Positions 31,804 to 40,918 of a stretch of 64,000 nucleotides of DNA are shown in pieces. The stretch lies in assembly GCA_002167745.1 (NCBI GenBank), contig NHCB01000007.1, positions 10,403 through 74,402 on the forward strand. Reading direction: 5' to 3'. The notes under the pieces were generated by a model. It saw nothing but the letters and a program-made list of their open reading frames with translations, had not been told where the DNA came from and did no database searches. The stretch comes from Betaproteobacteria bacterium TMED22. Lineage in GTDB: Bacteria; Pseudomonadota; Gammaproteobacteria; Burkholderiales; Eutrophovitaceae. A program made the translations under genes and the position numbers. How positions within the stretch are numbered: the stretch's first letter is position 1; every line of letters starts with the position of its first letter.

Positions 31804-32988
31804 CTATATGCTCAGGTCTAACAGGTTATAGTCTTTCAGTTTGGTTTTGGTCTGCGGCGTCCACTCGAAGGTTTCACCGCTCTGCTTGTGGGGGGCATAT
31901 TCAAAGGGGGGCTCATCGGGGAATCGTTGCTTTCTGGCTTCGATGGCGTAGCCGATCATCTCCGAGCGTTTTCTGATGCGTTCGGCGTCGTAAATACTGG
32001 GCGCGTTGTGGAGGCCGCCGCCTTGCACGTTCAGGACTGATTTCCGGCGATGGAATCCGAAGTTTACGGTCACCCGCCATTTGTCACTCGTATTGGCAAA
32101 CGACCCGTGAATTGCCTGACGATTGCAAATCGCAACGTCGCCTGGCTTACAAATCATGGGGATGGCGTCGGGCAGGCGGGGCGTCCCTGCGACTTTAACC
32201 ATGCCGGCAATATCAACTTTATTCAGTTTATGTGACCCGGGGACGACCCATACTCCGTTAGCTGCGCTGCAGCCATAAAGTTGCGCCATGGTGTTGTAGC
32301 CATGGGTGCCCTGATCCCAATCCGGTGCATCCCAATGGGTCACGCCATCACGATGCCACGCCACAGATGCGCCAAGACCAGGCTCCTTAATGAACATGGC
32401 TTCGTTGAAAGGGGTGAAGTCATCTCCGTTGATCGATGCTGCAACTCGAAGTAAGTCTGGATGTCCGTAGACGCGCAACGCCGCGTCCGAAAACTGAAGC
32501 GAGCCGAGTATAAGATAGACAATTTCTTCTGGCGTATTTTGCGCAACCATTGGCTCGGGCATCTTGACCGGATGTCGACCGTTTGCCGCCTCCGTAGCGC
32601 CAAATGGGTCGCCCAGTGGTTTTGACCAGAACATGGTCGGTGCGGCGCAATCTGCGCCAAGGGCAGGGCGGCCCTTAGCATCAAAAAGTGATCCCTTATG
32701 GGTTGGCAAACGGTCCAAGATGTCGAAAAGATCCGCCTCTATATCGCGCAATTCCGACGCGCCTACGACTCCTTCGAAGATGTAAAATCCGCATTGCCAA
32801 TAGGCGTCCAATATATCTCGTGTTAATCGCCCTCCAGAGTCGAGCTTTATCGGGCCGCGATTGCCCAGGGCATGAGCGCGCTCTTCTCCCTGGCGCATAT
32901 ATGCTTCCATGGCGGTGTCCTTGTAATGGCGAACAAATGCGGTTTGGTTCATGCGAATTTTACCTCGTCCGTACCTTAATTCACTCAT
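31804..32988 (-). CDS. PhyH-family Fe(II)/2-oxoglutarate oxygenase, long form
   Basis: It has WHRDG (H-x-D) and AIHGSFANTS motifs. It is GC-rich, which produces a pile of spurious overlapping ORFs. The start is ambiguous between 32988, 32952 (the latter has a GAGG RBS) and the track's 33063. Confidence 0.75.
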   Translation of the reverse strand: MSELRYGRGKIRMNQTAFVRHYKDTAMEAYMRQGEERAHALGNRGPIKLDSGGRLTRDILDAYWQCGFYIFEGVVGASELRDIEADLFDILDRLPTHKGSLFDAKGRPALGADCAAPTMFWSKPLGDPFGATEAANGRHPVKMPEPMVAQNTPEEIVYLILGSLQFSDAALRVYGHPDLLRVAASINGDDFTPFNEAMFIKEPGLGASVAWHRDGVTHWDAPDWDQGTHGYNTMAQLYGCSAANGVWVVPGSHKLNKVDIAGMVKVAGTPRLPDAIPMICKPGDVAICNRQAIHGSFANTSDKWRVTVNFGFHRRKSVLNVQGGGLHNAPSIYDAERIRKRSEMIGYAIEARKQRFPDEPPFEYAPHKQSGETFEWTPQTKTKLKDYNLLDLSI

Positions 32989-33109
32989 TTTATACCAACC
33001 CGGTAAACTGGAGAAAGCCAAGTGATAATCTGACTGTCGCAATGTTATCCTGCTATAGTCCACATTGCGTATTTTAAGAGGATGGTAACTTTCGTTAAAA
33101 GGTAAAAAT

Positions 33110-33721
33110 ATGGCTCTAGAGATTATCGGTACCCCAAATTCTAATTTTGTGAGAACTGTTCGAATGGTTGCTGAGGAAAAGGGGGTGTTTTATGAAAATT
33201 CACCCGATATGCCACACTCGGATGTCATTAAACTACTTCATCCGATGGGTCAAGTTCCAGTGATGAAACATGATGATTTTCAGCTCTTTGAGTCAATGGC
33301 TATTGCTCGCTATATTGATACTGCTTTTGACGGCCCTCCTCTGGTGCCCGCCAACCCTGAAGCCGCAGCTAGAACCATTCAATGGGCATCTTTTGCCCAA
33401 ACATCAGTAGACCAGCTGATAATGAGGCAATATGTACTTGAATATTTGTTCAATAAGGACGAGAGCGGAAATTTAGTCCGTGACAATATTGACAAAGTGG
33501 TAAATAAGATTTCAAAAATATTTCGTACTCTTGATGAAGCAGTCAGTGGTGGGTACTTCGGCAGCAACGAATTTTCTATGGCGGATTGTTTCTTAATGCC
33601 TATAATTTCATATGGCCAGATGTTTCCGGAGGGAAAAGAGGCCTTGGAATCAGGTAAACATTTAAAACCCTATTTCGATAAATTGAGTGAGCGTCCAAGT
33701 TTTAATAAGACTGCGACATGA
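33110..33721 (+). CDS. Glutathione S-transferase family protein
   Basis: 203 aa with a thioredoxin-like N-terminal domain (GQVPVM..DDF.LFES.AI.RY) and a helical C-terminal domain. Confidence 0.8.
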   Translation: MALEIIGTPNSNFVRTVRMVAEEKGVFYENSPDMPHSDVIKLLHPMGQVPVMKHDDFQLFESMAIARYIDTAFDGPPLVPANPEAAARTIQWASFAQTSVDQLIMRQYVLEYLFNKDESGNLVRDNIDKVVNKISKIFRTLDEAVSGGYFGSNEFSMADCFLMPIISYGQMFPEGKEALESGKHLKPYFDKLSERPSFNKTAT

Positions 33722-33874
33722 TGACTGAAAGATACTATAGGTCGCGATCGGTAATTGAGGGAGTTGTAGTGAGGCTCAAGTGAATCTTTACAAAGGGAAA
33801 ATTGTCATAGAACTAGAATCAAATTTTGCAGTCTCTAATTAGAGCAAAGTACGTAAATGAAGAAAGGGTTTGTT

Positions 33875-34660
33875 ATGTCCAAGCACAGTGCACTAGACAA
33901 ATTTGGTCGTTCCGGTAATCCAGCGCTAAATGCAGCAACTTTTAGTGATGCTGCACGCCAAGCCGGCGCGGGCGCTAGAAACACAGCTACGATGTCCTTG
34001 GAGGGAACCGTAAATAAAACGGGTATTCTTTTGCTGTTAGTAGTGCTCTCCGGAGCTTGGACATGGAATCTATTTTTTGAAAGTGGCAACCCCTCAACAG
34101 TGATGCCTATGATGCTGGTTGGTGGAGTCGGTGGTTTTATTCTTGCATTAGTTACAATCTTTAAAAAGCATTGGTCTGGACTAACTGCGCCGATCTATGC
34201 TGTATTACAGGGTTTATTCTTAGGTGGAATTTCAGCGATGTACGAATCCCAATTTGACGGCATTGTCATCCAAGCCGTTGGTCTGACCTTGGGCACCTTG
34301 TCATCCCTATTGGTTTTGTATAAGACCGGCATTGTCAAGCCCACCGAAAATTTCAGGTTGATGGTCACATCGGCAACAATGGGGATTGGATTGCTGTACT
34401 TGGTGAGCATGATTATGAATATGTTCGGGTCAAGTATTGGATTTATCCATTCTAATGGCCTGTTTGGTATTGGATTTAGTCTTTTTGTGGTTGCTATTGC
34501 CGCATTAAATTTGGTCCTAGACTTCGACTTTATTGAGCAGGGTTCAGAGCAGGGTGCGCCTAAGTACATGGAGTGGTTTGGGGCATTTTCTCTAATGGTG
34601 ACACTCATTTGGTTGTATTTAGAAATGTTACGTTTGCTGGCTAAAATGAGAAGTCGATAG
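33875..34660 (+). CDS. Bax inhibitor-1/YccA-like membrane protein (BaxI_1 type)
   Basis: It has an N-terminal GRSGNPALN motif followed by about 7 TM helices. ATG 33875 has a better RBS than the track start at 33857. Confidence 0.6.
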   Translation: MSKHSALDKFGRSGNPALNAATFSDAARQAGAGARNTATMSLEGTVNKTGILLLLVVLSGAWTWNLFFESGNPSTVMPMMLVGGVGGFILALVTIFKKHWSGLTAPIYAVLQGLFLGGISAMYESQFDGIVIQAVGLTLGTLSSLLVLYKTGIVKPTENFRLMVTSATMGIGLLYLVSMIMNMFGSSIGFIHSNGLFGIGFSLFVVAIAALNLVLDFDFIEQGSEQGAPKYMEWFGAFSLMVTLIWLYLEMLRLLAKMRSR

Positions 34661-34866
34661 TGGATTTCAATACCTTCATTTTCGGGGGATTGGCTATCAT
34701 TTCGCTTGGTATTTTTCTTTTTATCGGACGTTTTAAAGCGTTTAAAAGTCAGCGGGAACGAGATGATCGTATAGATTGGAGTAAACGGCAGTTTTCATTA
34801 TGGAAAATCGCACTCTATAGCCTTGGAGTAGTTCTAGCGGTTGTATTACTAACGCAAATGTTCTGA
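34660..34866 (+). CDS. Small two-TM membrane protein, unknown function
   Basis: 68 aa with a GTG start overlapping the preceding stop, and two hydrophobic helices. Confidence 0.4.
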   Translation: MDFNTFIFGGLAIISLGIFLFIGRFKAFKSQRERDDRIDWSKRQFSLWKIALYSLGVVLAVVLLTQMF

Positions 34867-34914
34867 TTCCGTAGAGGTTATTCGGAAGATTACACCCTGA
34901 TTAGAGGATAAAAA

Positions 34915-35301
34915 TTGACTGATAATGTGACGCTGCTCATAAGCGGCATGACGGTTGGAGTGATTATTTTTCAGACAGCTATCGTTGCGCCCTCAGTTTT
35001 TGAGTCGCTCTCTTCAGACGATAGTTCGATCTTTCTTCGTAAAGTCTTTCCTAAATTCTTTATTCTCATAGGTGTGCTCGGTGTTATCAGTAACCTTGTC
35101 GCAGTCACGAACCAAGACGACCACGCGGTTATGGTCTCTGGAGCCACTGTGGCGCTCGCTGTGTTTGCGTATCTGCTTATTCCGATGACTAACAAGAGTC
35201 GCGATGCAGGCAATGAGAAGGCCTTTAAGCGATTACATTTGGGCAGCGTTCTGTTGACTCTCACGATTCTTGGTGTAAATCTGTCCGGCCTTGTTCTATA
35301 G
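34915..35301 (+). CDS. DUF4149 (TMEM205-like) membrane protein
   Basis: 128 aa with 4 TM helices and motifs FQTAIVAPSVF, FPKFF and FKRLH..S, as in DUF4149. Confidence 0.5.
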   Translation: MTDNVTLLISGMTVGVIIFQTAIVAPSVFESLSSDDSSIFLRKVFPKFFILIGVLGVISNLVAVTNQDDHAVMVSGATVALAVFAYLLIPMTNKSRDAGNEKAFKRLHLGSVLLTLTILGVNLSGLVL

Positions 35302-35337
35302 AGTTTTCATAATTTTTTCATTTCTTCTTAGGGGCCT

Positions 35338-37527
35338 ATGGAAATTAAAGTCAACTTTTTGGATAAGCTGCGCCTCGAGGCAAAGTTCGATGACTTCACT
35401 GTAGTAACTGATCAACCTGTTCGTTACAAGGGCGATGGATCAGCGCCAAGTCCATTTGACTACTTTCTAGTGTCATCGGCTTTATGTGCCGGCTATTTCG
35501 CGAAACTATATTGTGACACTCGTAATATTTCTACTGAGAATATTCACCTGTCACAAACTAATATTGTAGACCCCGAAAATCGCTATAAACAAAGGTTCAA
35601 CATTCAGGTTGAGTTACCTCCTGACATTAGTGAGTCGGATCGGCGTGGAATTTTGCGTTCTATTGAGCGGTGCAGCGTTAAAAGGGTAGTTGAAGAATGT
35701 CCTGATTTCTTTATTGAAGAAGTTGATCGCCTGAATGCTGGTCCACAGTCCCTCCTTGATTTGACCGATTACGATGATAGATCTACCTTGATTGCAGGTA
35801 AAGACTCTCCAGTAGAGGAAACTATCGTCAATATGTCGAAGATTCTGTCTGAATTAGGAATCAAGATTGAAATTACCTCATGGCGCAATCTGGTGCCAAA
35901 CGTTTGGTCCTTGCATGTCCGTGATGCTCATACACCGATGTGCTTCACAAATGGTAAGGGAGCCACTAAAGAAAGTGCATTAGCATCGGCGTTGGGTGAG
36001 TACATAGAAAGGCTGGCTAATAACCATTTCTACTCGCAATATTTTTGGGGGGAAGACGTTTCTCAATCTGAATTTGTGCATTATCCGAATGAACGCTGGT
36101 CAATGCCACTATCAGATGATTTTCTGCCAACGAATATTCTAGACGAGTACTGTTTGGCGATTTATGATCCAGATGGAGATCTGCGCAGCAAACACTTAAT
36201 TGACACAAATTCTGGGAACGCTGATAGAGGAATTTGTTCCATTCCATTTGTTCGACAATCAGATGGTGAAGACGTGTATTTCCCTGTCAATCTGCTTGAG
36301 AATTTATATGCGAGTAACGGCATGAGCGCCGGAAACACCTTTGCCGAAGCGCAAGTCCAGTGTCTTTCTGAAATTTTTGAGCGCGCCGTAAAAAGGTACA
36401 TCCTGGAGAGTGAAATTGCATTGCCTCAGGTGCCGCTAGAAGTGCTATCAAGATACCCTAGTATTGTGGCAGGAATACAAGATTTAGAATCAAAAGGGTT
36501 TCCTGTGTTGGTGAAGGATGCATCTTTAGGGGGTAGGTATCCCGTAATGTGTGTTGCTTTGATGAATCCGCGTACTGGTGGAGTTTATGCTTCTTTTGGT
36601 GCCCACCCTAGTTTTGAAGTTGCCCTGGAGCGTAGCCTTACTGAATTACTACAAGGCCGCAGTTTTGAAGGTTTGAATGATTTACCTCAGCCAACTTTTA
36701 ACACTAAGGCATTAATTGAGCCTAATAACTTTGTCGAGCATTTCATTGACTCGAGTGGGATTGTATCGTGGCGATTCTTCAGTGATAAACCGCAATATGA
36801 GTTTGTAGAGTGGAGTTTTTCGAACAAGATTGAGAGAACTAATTCGGAGGAGGCCGCAATGTTGCTGGCTATTTTCTCCGATCAGAATAAAGAGGTTTAT
36901 GTTGCGACATATGAGCAGTTCGGTGCTATAGCTTGCAGAATTGTGGTGCCTGGTTATTCCGAGGTGTACCCAATTGAGGAGTTGCTTTGGAATAACACAA
37001 ATGAGGCGCTGTTATTTCGTTCAGATATTTTGAATTTACATTTTTTGGATGATGCTGCCCTGATCGCCCTTCTGGAGCGCTTGGATAATAGTGAGGTAGA
37101 CGATTACTCAGATGTTCCATCGTTGATAGGTATAGCATTTGACGAGAATACGGTTTGGGGGCAATTGACCGTTCTTGAGTTAAAACTTCTTATTCGTCTG
37201 GCGCTGAAACAATTCGATAAGACACATGAGTTAGTCGGCGCTTTTCTTCAGTACAACGATAACACTATAGATCGTGGTTTATTTTACCAAGCACTAAACG
37301 TCGTCCTCGAGGTAATTCTTGATGATAAGTTAACGTTAGATGAATATGCCAAAAATTTTCGTCTTATGTTTGGGGATGATCGGGTAGACGCTGTAATGGG
37401 TTCAGTCGAAGGCAGCGTAAGATTCTTTGGATTAACGCCAACGAATATGAGGTTAGAGGGTTTAGAACGCCATCATCGGTTAATGGATAGTTTAAAAAAA
37501 CTGCATAAAGCACGAGCAAGGGGATAG
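35338..37527 (+). CDS. OsmC domain / YcaO domain fusion protein
   Basis: 729 aa. Residues 1-130 are OsmC/Ohr-like, with Cys50 (SSALCAG) and Cys112 (ERCSVKR). The central part is a YcaO ATP-grasp-like domain (SNGMSAGNTFAEAQVQCLSEIFERAV). The last 170 aa or so are helical. Confidence 0.8.
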   Translation: MEIKVNFLDKLRLEAKFDDFTVVTDQPVRYKGDGSAPSPFDYFLVSSALCAGYFAKLYCDTRNISTENIHLSQTNIVDPENRYKQRFNIQVELPPDISESDRRGILRSIERCSVKRVVEECPDFFIEEVDRLNAGPQSLLDLTDYDDRSTLIAGKDSPVEETIVNMSKILSELGIKIEITSWRNLVPNVWSLHVRDAHTPMCFTNGKGATKESALASALGEYIERLANNHFYSQYFWGEDVSQSEFVHYPNERWSMPLSDDFLPTNILDEYCLAIYDPDGDLRSKHLIDTNSGNADRGICSIPFVRQSDGEDVYFPVNLLENLYASNGMSAGNTFAEAQVQCLSEIFERAVKRYILESEIALPQVPLEVLSRYPSIVAGIQDLESKGFPVLVKDASLGGRYPVMCVALMNPRTGGVYASFGAHPSFEVALERSLTELLQGRSFEGLNDLPQPTFNTKALIEPNNFVEHFIDSSGIVSWRFFSDKPQYEFVEWSFSNKIERTNSEEAAMLLAIFSDQNKEVYVATYEQFGAIACRIVVPGYSEVYPIEELLWNNTNEALLFRSDILNLHFLDDAALIALLERLDNSEVDDYSDVPSLIGIAFDENTVWGQLTVLELKLLIRLALKQFDKTHELVGAFLQYNDNTIDRGLFYQALNVVLEVILDDKLTLDEYAKNFRLMFGDDRVDAVMGSVEGSVRFFGLTPTNMRLEGLERHHRLMDSLKKLHKARARG

Positions 37528-37685
37528 AAATCGTTCGAGAATAAAGGTATGAACCCGTGAAGGAAACCAAACTATTGATGTGTCAGTTTTTGTGTTTGAG
37601 AATGCTAAACTTAGCTCAGCGCCCGTTAAAACTGTATTTAAGCTTCCATAGAATGATGCGTCTTACGTTAAAAGGAAATTTATAA

Positions 37686-38471
37686 ATGTCATTTCTCGAT
37701 TTAGATCACCATAGAATTTTTTTTACTGATACGGGTGGTGAGAAACCCGCGTTGATCTTTAGTCATGGTTTTTTTCTTGATCAAAGCTCCTTCGAATCCC
37801 AATACGACTATTTTCGAACCAACTATAGATGTATCGGTTGGGATGAAATGGGTTTTGGTCAATCTACAACCACAATAAATTATTCTTATTGGGATTCCGC
37901 TCAGGTTATTCTGAGCCTTATGGATCACCTCTCTATTGAGAGCGCAACGCTGTTGGGTGTGAGCAAAGGAGGGTTCATATCCTTGCGGTGCGCACTAAGC
38001 GCGCCTCAGCGGGTGGCTGGTTTGGTTCTAATAGGTTCGGAGGCTGGGAAATTTAGTCAAGAGCAAAAATCTGAATTCGCAAGTCTTATTGATGCTTGGA
38101 AGGAATTAACATCCGATGAGCTATCAGAGGCTATGGCAGCTGTAGGGGGCACCTATTTCGGATCAAATGCACACGAAATATCAAAATGGAAAAACCTATG
38201 GCGGAACCAAGATCGTTCCCAGGTGATCTTTCCAGGGCATGCTCTGCTTAGCCGTGATGATATAACGGATCGATTAAGCGAAATTTTATGTCCAGCTCTT
38301 GTGATTCACGGAAGTGATGACCAAGCCATTGATATCGCAAAGGCTGAGGCTATGGCAGTTGGGCTTCCTAATAGTGAATTTTTCGGTATTGATGGCGCGC
38401 CACATGGTCCAAATGTAACCCATGCTGGCCTGGTCAATCAGAAAATAGAGGAATTTTTGCTCAAGACGTGA
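37686..38471 (+). CDS. Alpha/beta-fold hydrolase
   Basis: 261 aa with HG oxyanion-type (FSHGFF), nucleophile elbow GVSKGG, and a late Asp and His (GSDD..., APHG). Confidence 0.8.
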   Translation: MSFLDLDHHRIFFTDTGGEKPALIFSHGFFLDQSSFESQYDYFRTNYRCIGWDEMGFGQSTTTINYSYWDSAQVILSLMDHLSIESATLLGVSKGGFISLRCALSAPQRVAGLVLIGSEAGKFSQEQKSEFASLIDAWKELTSDELSEAMAAVGGTYFGSNAHEISKWKNLWRNQDRSQVIFPGHALLSRDDITDRLSEILCPALVIHGSDDQAIDIAKAEAMAVGLPNSEFFGIDGAPHGPNVTHAGLVNQKIEEFLLKT

Positions 38472-38540
38472 GTTAACGGGAAAGAAAATGATGATGGGTG
38501 ATGAGATTAGTATTCTTGATACGACGGATTGGACAGAACA

Positions 38541-39824
38541 ATGAAGGACGTCATAGAATTGCGACGCTCGCTTTCCGACGAGTTGCACGCTCGGGCATTT
38601 GATCATTTTTCGGGCGCCGGACGATTTATTCGATTTGTCTATTTTGTTGAGGACAATGCGGATTTAATTGTGGATTATGTCAATGCATTCCTAGAAAATG
38701 TGGGGCAAGCGCCAATTCCGCGTATGAGTAAATTCGCCACCTTTAAGCTAGGACATTATTCCCTTGATTTCGAAAAACATAATGAGTTTATTTCGATTAG
38801 CTTTATTCAAAAATCGAATTCACTCGCCGTCGGCCTTTTGCCTGACGCTTACGACGCTCGTAGTGTTGATTTACCGCTGGAGTGGGCGCAGTTATCTCCA
38901 GGAAGAGTTTTTCATGCGATATGGTTAGAGGTGGGTGGCGGGCCACCAGAGGAATTGAATGAACAAAAGATACATCAAGTCATGCAAGCTCGGGCGGTCG
39001 CAGCGAATCAATTTAGTGATGGTGCGGCTCAGGTATATTTCGCCTTTGATATTGACTCAGCCGGATTTTCCCGAGTAGCCCTTTTTAACTCTAATATGGT
39101 CGCAAGTCGATTGGGACGCGCTGTTCAGCGAATTGTGGAACTTGAGACATATCGACTGCTTGCTCTTTTAGGGTTCGCGACGGTTAAAGAGCATAGCGCG
39201 AAGCTGGATTCCATTGCAAAACATGTCGGCGAGATTACAAATGAGCTTGCGGAGCAGATTAAGCAGCCAGAAAGTAACGTAGAAGATATGCTGTCTAAAT
39301 TGTCAGCGCAAGCCGCAGATTTAGAAAATATTTATTCAAATGCCTCTTATCGTATGGCGGCCACTAAAGCTTACGACAGTATCGTAGAGAATCGTCTAGA
39401 TGGGTTACGTGTCAGCCGCATCGAAGGATTTCAAGGGGTGAAGGGTTTTCTTAATCGTCGGATGTTGCCAGCTATTGATAGCTGCCGTGCCTTTTCGGAG
39501 AGATTGCGCCGTCTATCCGAGCGTATTAGCCGAGCAGGTGATTTATTACAAACCCAGACGGAAATGATTATCCAACGGCAGAATCAAGATCTACTGATAT
39601 CGATGAATAGTCGTGCGAAAACTCAGCTTCGGTTGCAACAAACGGTTGAGCGCTTATCGATAGCAGCAGTGACTTACTACGGGGTTGGGCTTGTAGGATT
39701 TGCAGGGGCATCTCTTCCGTTAGTGGCATGGGGACTTAATCTCGACGTTCTTAAAGCGATATCTATCCCTATTATTGCTGGATGTGTTTGGTTAACGATT
39801 CGTCAAGTTAAAAGGCGTATTTAG
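38541..39824 (+). CDS. DUF3422 family membrane-anchored protein
   Basis: It has the N-terminal signature R..L..ELHARAF, a long helical/coiled region and two C-terminal TM helices. The start is ATG 38541 or TTG 38529. Confidence 0.65.
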   Translation: MKDVIELRRSLSDELHARAFDHFSGAGRFIRFVYFVEDNADLIVDYVNAFLENVGQAPIPRMSKFATFKLGHYSLDFEKHNEFISISFIQKSNSLAVGLLPDAYDARSVDLPLEWAQLSPGRVFHAIWLEVGGGPPEELNEQKIHQVMQARAVAANQFSDGAAQVYFAFDIDSAGFSRVALFNSNMVASRLGRAVQRIVELETYRLLALLGFATVKEHSAKLDSIAKHVGEITNELAEQIKQPESNVEDMLSKLSAQAADLENIYSNASYRMAATKAYDSIVENRLDGLRVSRIEGFQGVKGFLNRRMLPAIDSCRAFSERLRRLSERISRAGDLLQTQTEMIIQRQNQDLLISMNSRAKTQLRLQQTVERLSIAAVTYYGVGLVGFAGASLPLVAWGLNLDVLKAISIPIIAGCVWLTIRQVKRRI

Positions 39825-40090
39825 TCAATGAACCAAACCTTCACAGGAAAAGCGCATTGTGACAGGTATACTCCTCCCTCTGGCCCAAACACCTTGGGTG
39901 AAGTTGAATAAGAAATTGCCGGATTTGAGTATTTCCGAGGTGGACCCGATACCATCTTAGGACTTCAAGAGGCAAACAAGTTAATGTTCAGTGAGGCAAG
40001 ATATTATTTTTAATATCTTTTTGTCAGGAAGTGTATTCATGAGCACAACGGATTCTTCATTGACGTCCATCAATTAAAATCTCTCTACTT

Positions 40091-40918
40091 TCACGCGATT
40101 TTCCATCGGTTTAATCGTTTCGGTAACAACCAATCAACTAAGATCATATGCGGGACAGTTAATGCGAATAGCACAGAAAATATAGCGTTCAACGTAGATG
40201 AATTAATGTTTTGGCTTTGATGAAAATATATCGAGATAGATGTGAGTATAGTCCATGCAGCGAACGTATTGATCAAAAAACTGATCGGTGGTTTTTTGGG
40301 AGATGCCCCTATCTCATTTGATGCTTTGAGATAGTGCGGGATTGAGTGCAGGATGCAGAAAAAAATTGAAAACAGAAAAAGGGGTGTAACGAGTTGATTG
40401 AAATATATGAGAGCCAGTAAGCCGATTAAAGTGATGTATAGCCGCGTGCCGTAATAATGAAATATTACCACTAGCATGGATATTAACCAGGCCACCAATA
40501 TAAAAGTCCCAATAATTTGGAATGCTTTCGTATTCGCTCCGAGATTAGAGAAGATATCTTGAATCTCGCCCCAATACAGCCACGGAAGAAATATCGTTGT
40601 CAAACCACCCTGAAAGAAAACAGAAGCAATTAATGCATCTAATCTATTTTTACTTTTATGATTCAGAAGAAGTGGATTTGCACGGCCGAAGTGAATGGCG
40701 CTGAGAAGGAGAAATAAGCCAAGTGCGACAGTTGGCATAAGATGCCATGCCATAAATGATATAAAAGCAATCGCGACGTATATTGCGAAAGTCGTTTTGG
40801 ATCTTTGCCCCAGCGCTGCATCCCCAGCTTTTGCTAGATCAAGGTCTAGAGCGCCGTGTGGTATGCCAATGATGACGATAGCAAGTAAAGACAAGTAGTC
40901 AATTAGTGACAATGTCAT
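40091..40918 (-). CDS. blh: Brp/Blh family beta-carotene 15,15'-dioxygenase (retinal synthesis)
   Basis: 275 aa, polytopic, with four conserved His-containing motifs (GIPHGALD, SAIHFG, ILHSIPH, VPHM). It is the last gene of the crt operon, next to proteorhodopsin. Confidence 0.88.
   Translation of the reverse strand: MTLSLIDYLSLLAIVIIGIPHGALDLDLAKAGDAALGQRSKTTFAIYVAIAFISFMAWHLMPTVALGLFLLLSAIHFGRANPLLLNHKSKNRLDALIASVFFQGGLTTIFLPWLYWGEIQDIFSNLGANTKAFQIIGTFILVAWLISMLVVIFHYYGTRLYITLIGLLALIYFNQLVTPLFLFSIFFCILHSIPHYLKASNEIGASPKKPPISFLINTFAAWTILTSISIYFHQSQNINSSTLNAIFSVLFALTVPHMILVDWLLPKRLNRWKIA

Noticed and set aside
32340-33077. A cluster of four overlapping ORFs (73-129 aa) lies on both strands within the second PhyH gene.
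   Set aside because: They are by-products of locally elevated GC, which reduces the number of stop codons. The 31804-32988 minus-strand frame carries the PhyH H-x-D and distal His motifs and explains the region.
37578-37685. A 35-codon ORF (MCQFLCLRMLNLAQRPLKLYLSFHRMMRLTLKGNL*) lies just downstream of the YcaO fusion and ends 1 nt before the hydrolase start. I considered it as a possible RiPP precursor.
   Set aside because: It has no Shine-Dalgarno sequence and no Cys/Ser/Thr-rich core or recognisable leader. The two Cys sit at the extreme N-terminus, and the composition looks like random AT-rich intergenic sequence. It would only be worth testing if conserved in orthologous loci.
39828-39911. 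A 27-codon ORF (MNQTFTGKAHCDRYTPPSGPNTLGEVE*) follows the DUF3422 gene in the 266-bp spacer before blh.
   Set aside because: It is too short, has no RBS and matches no recognisable family. It is probably non-coding 3' spacer between convergent genes.
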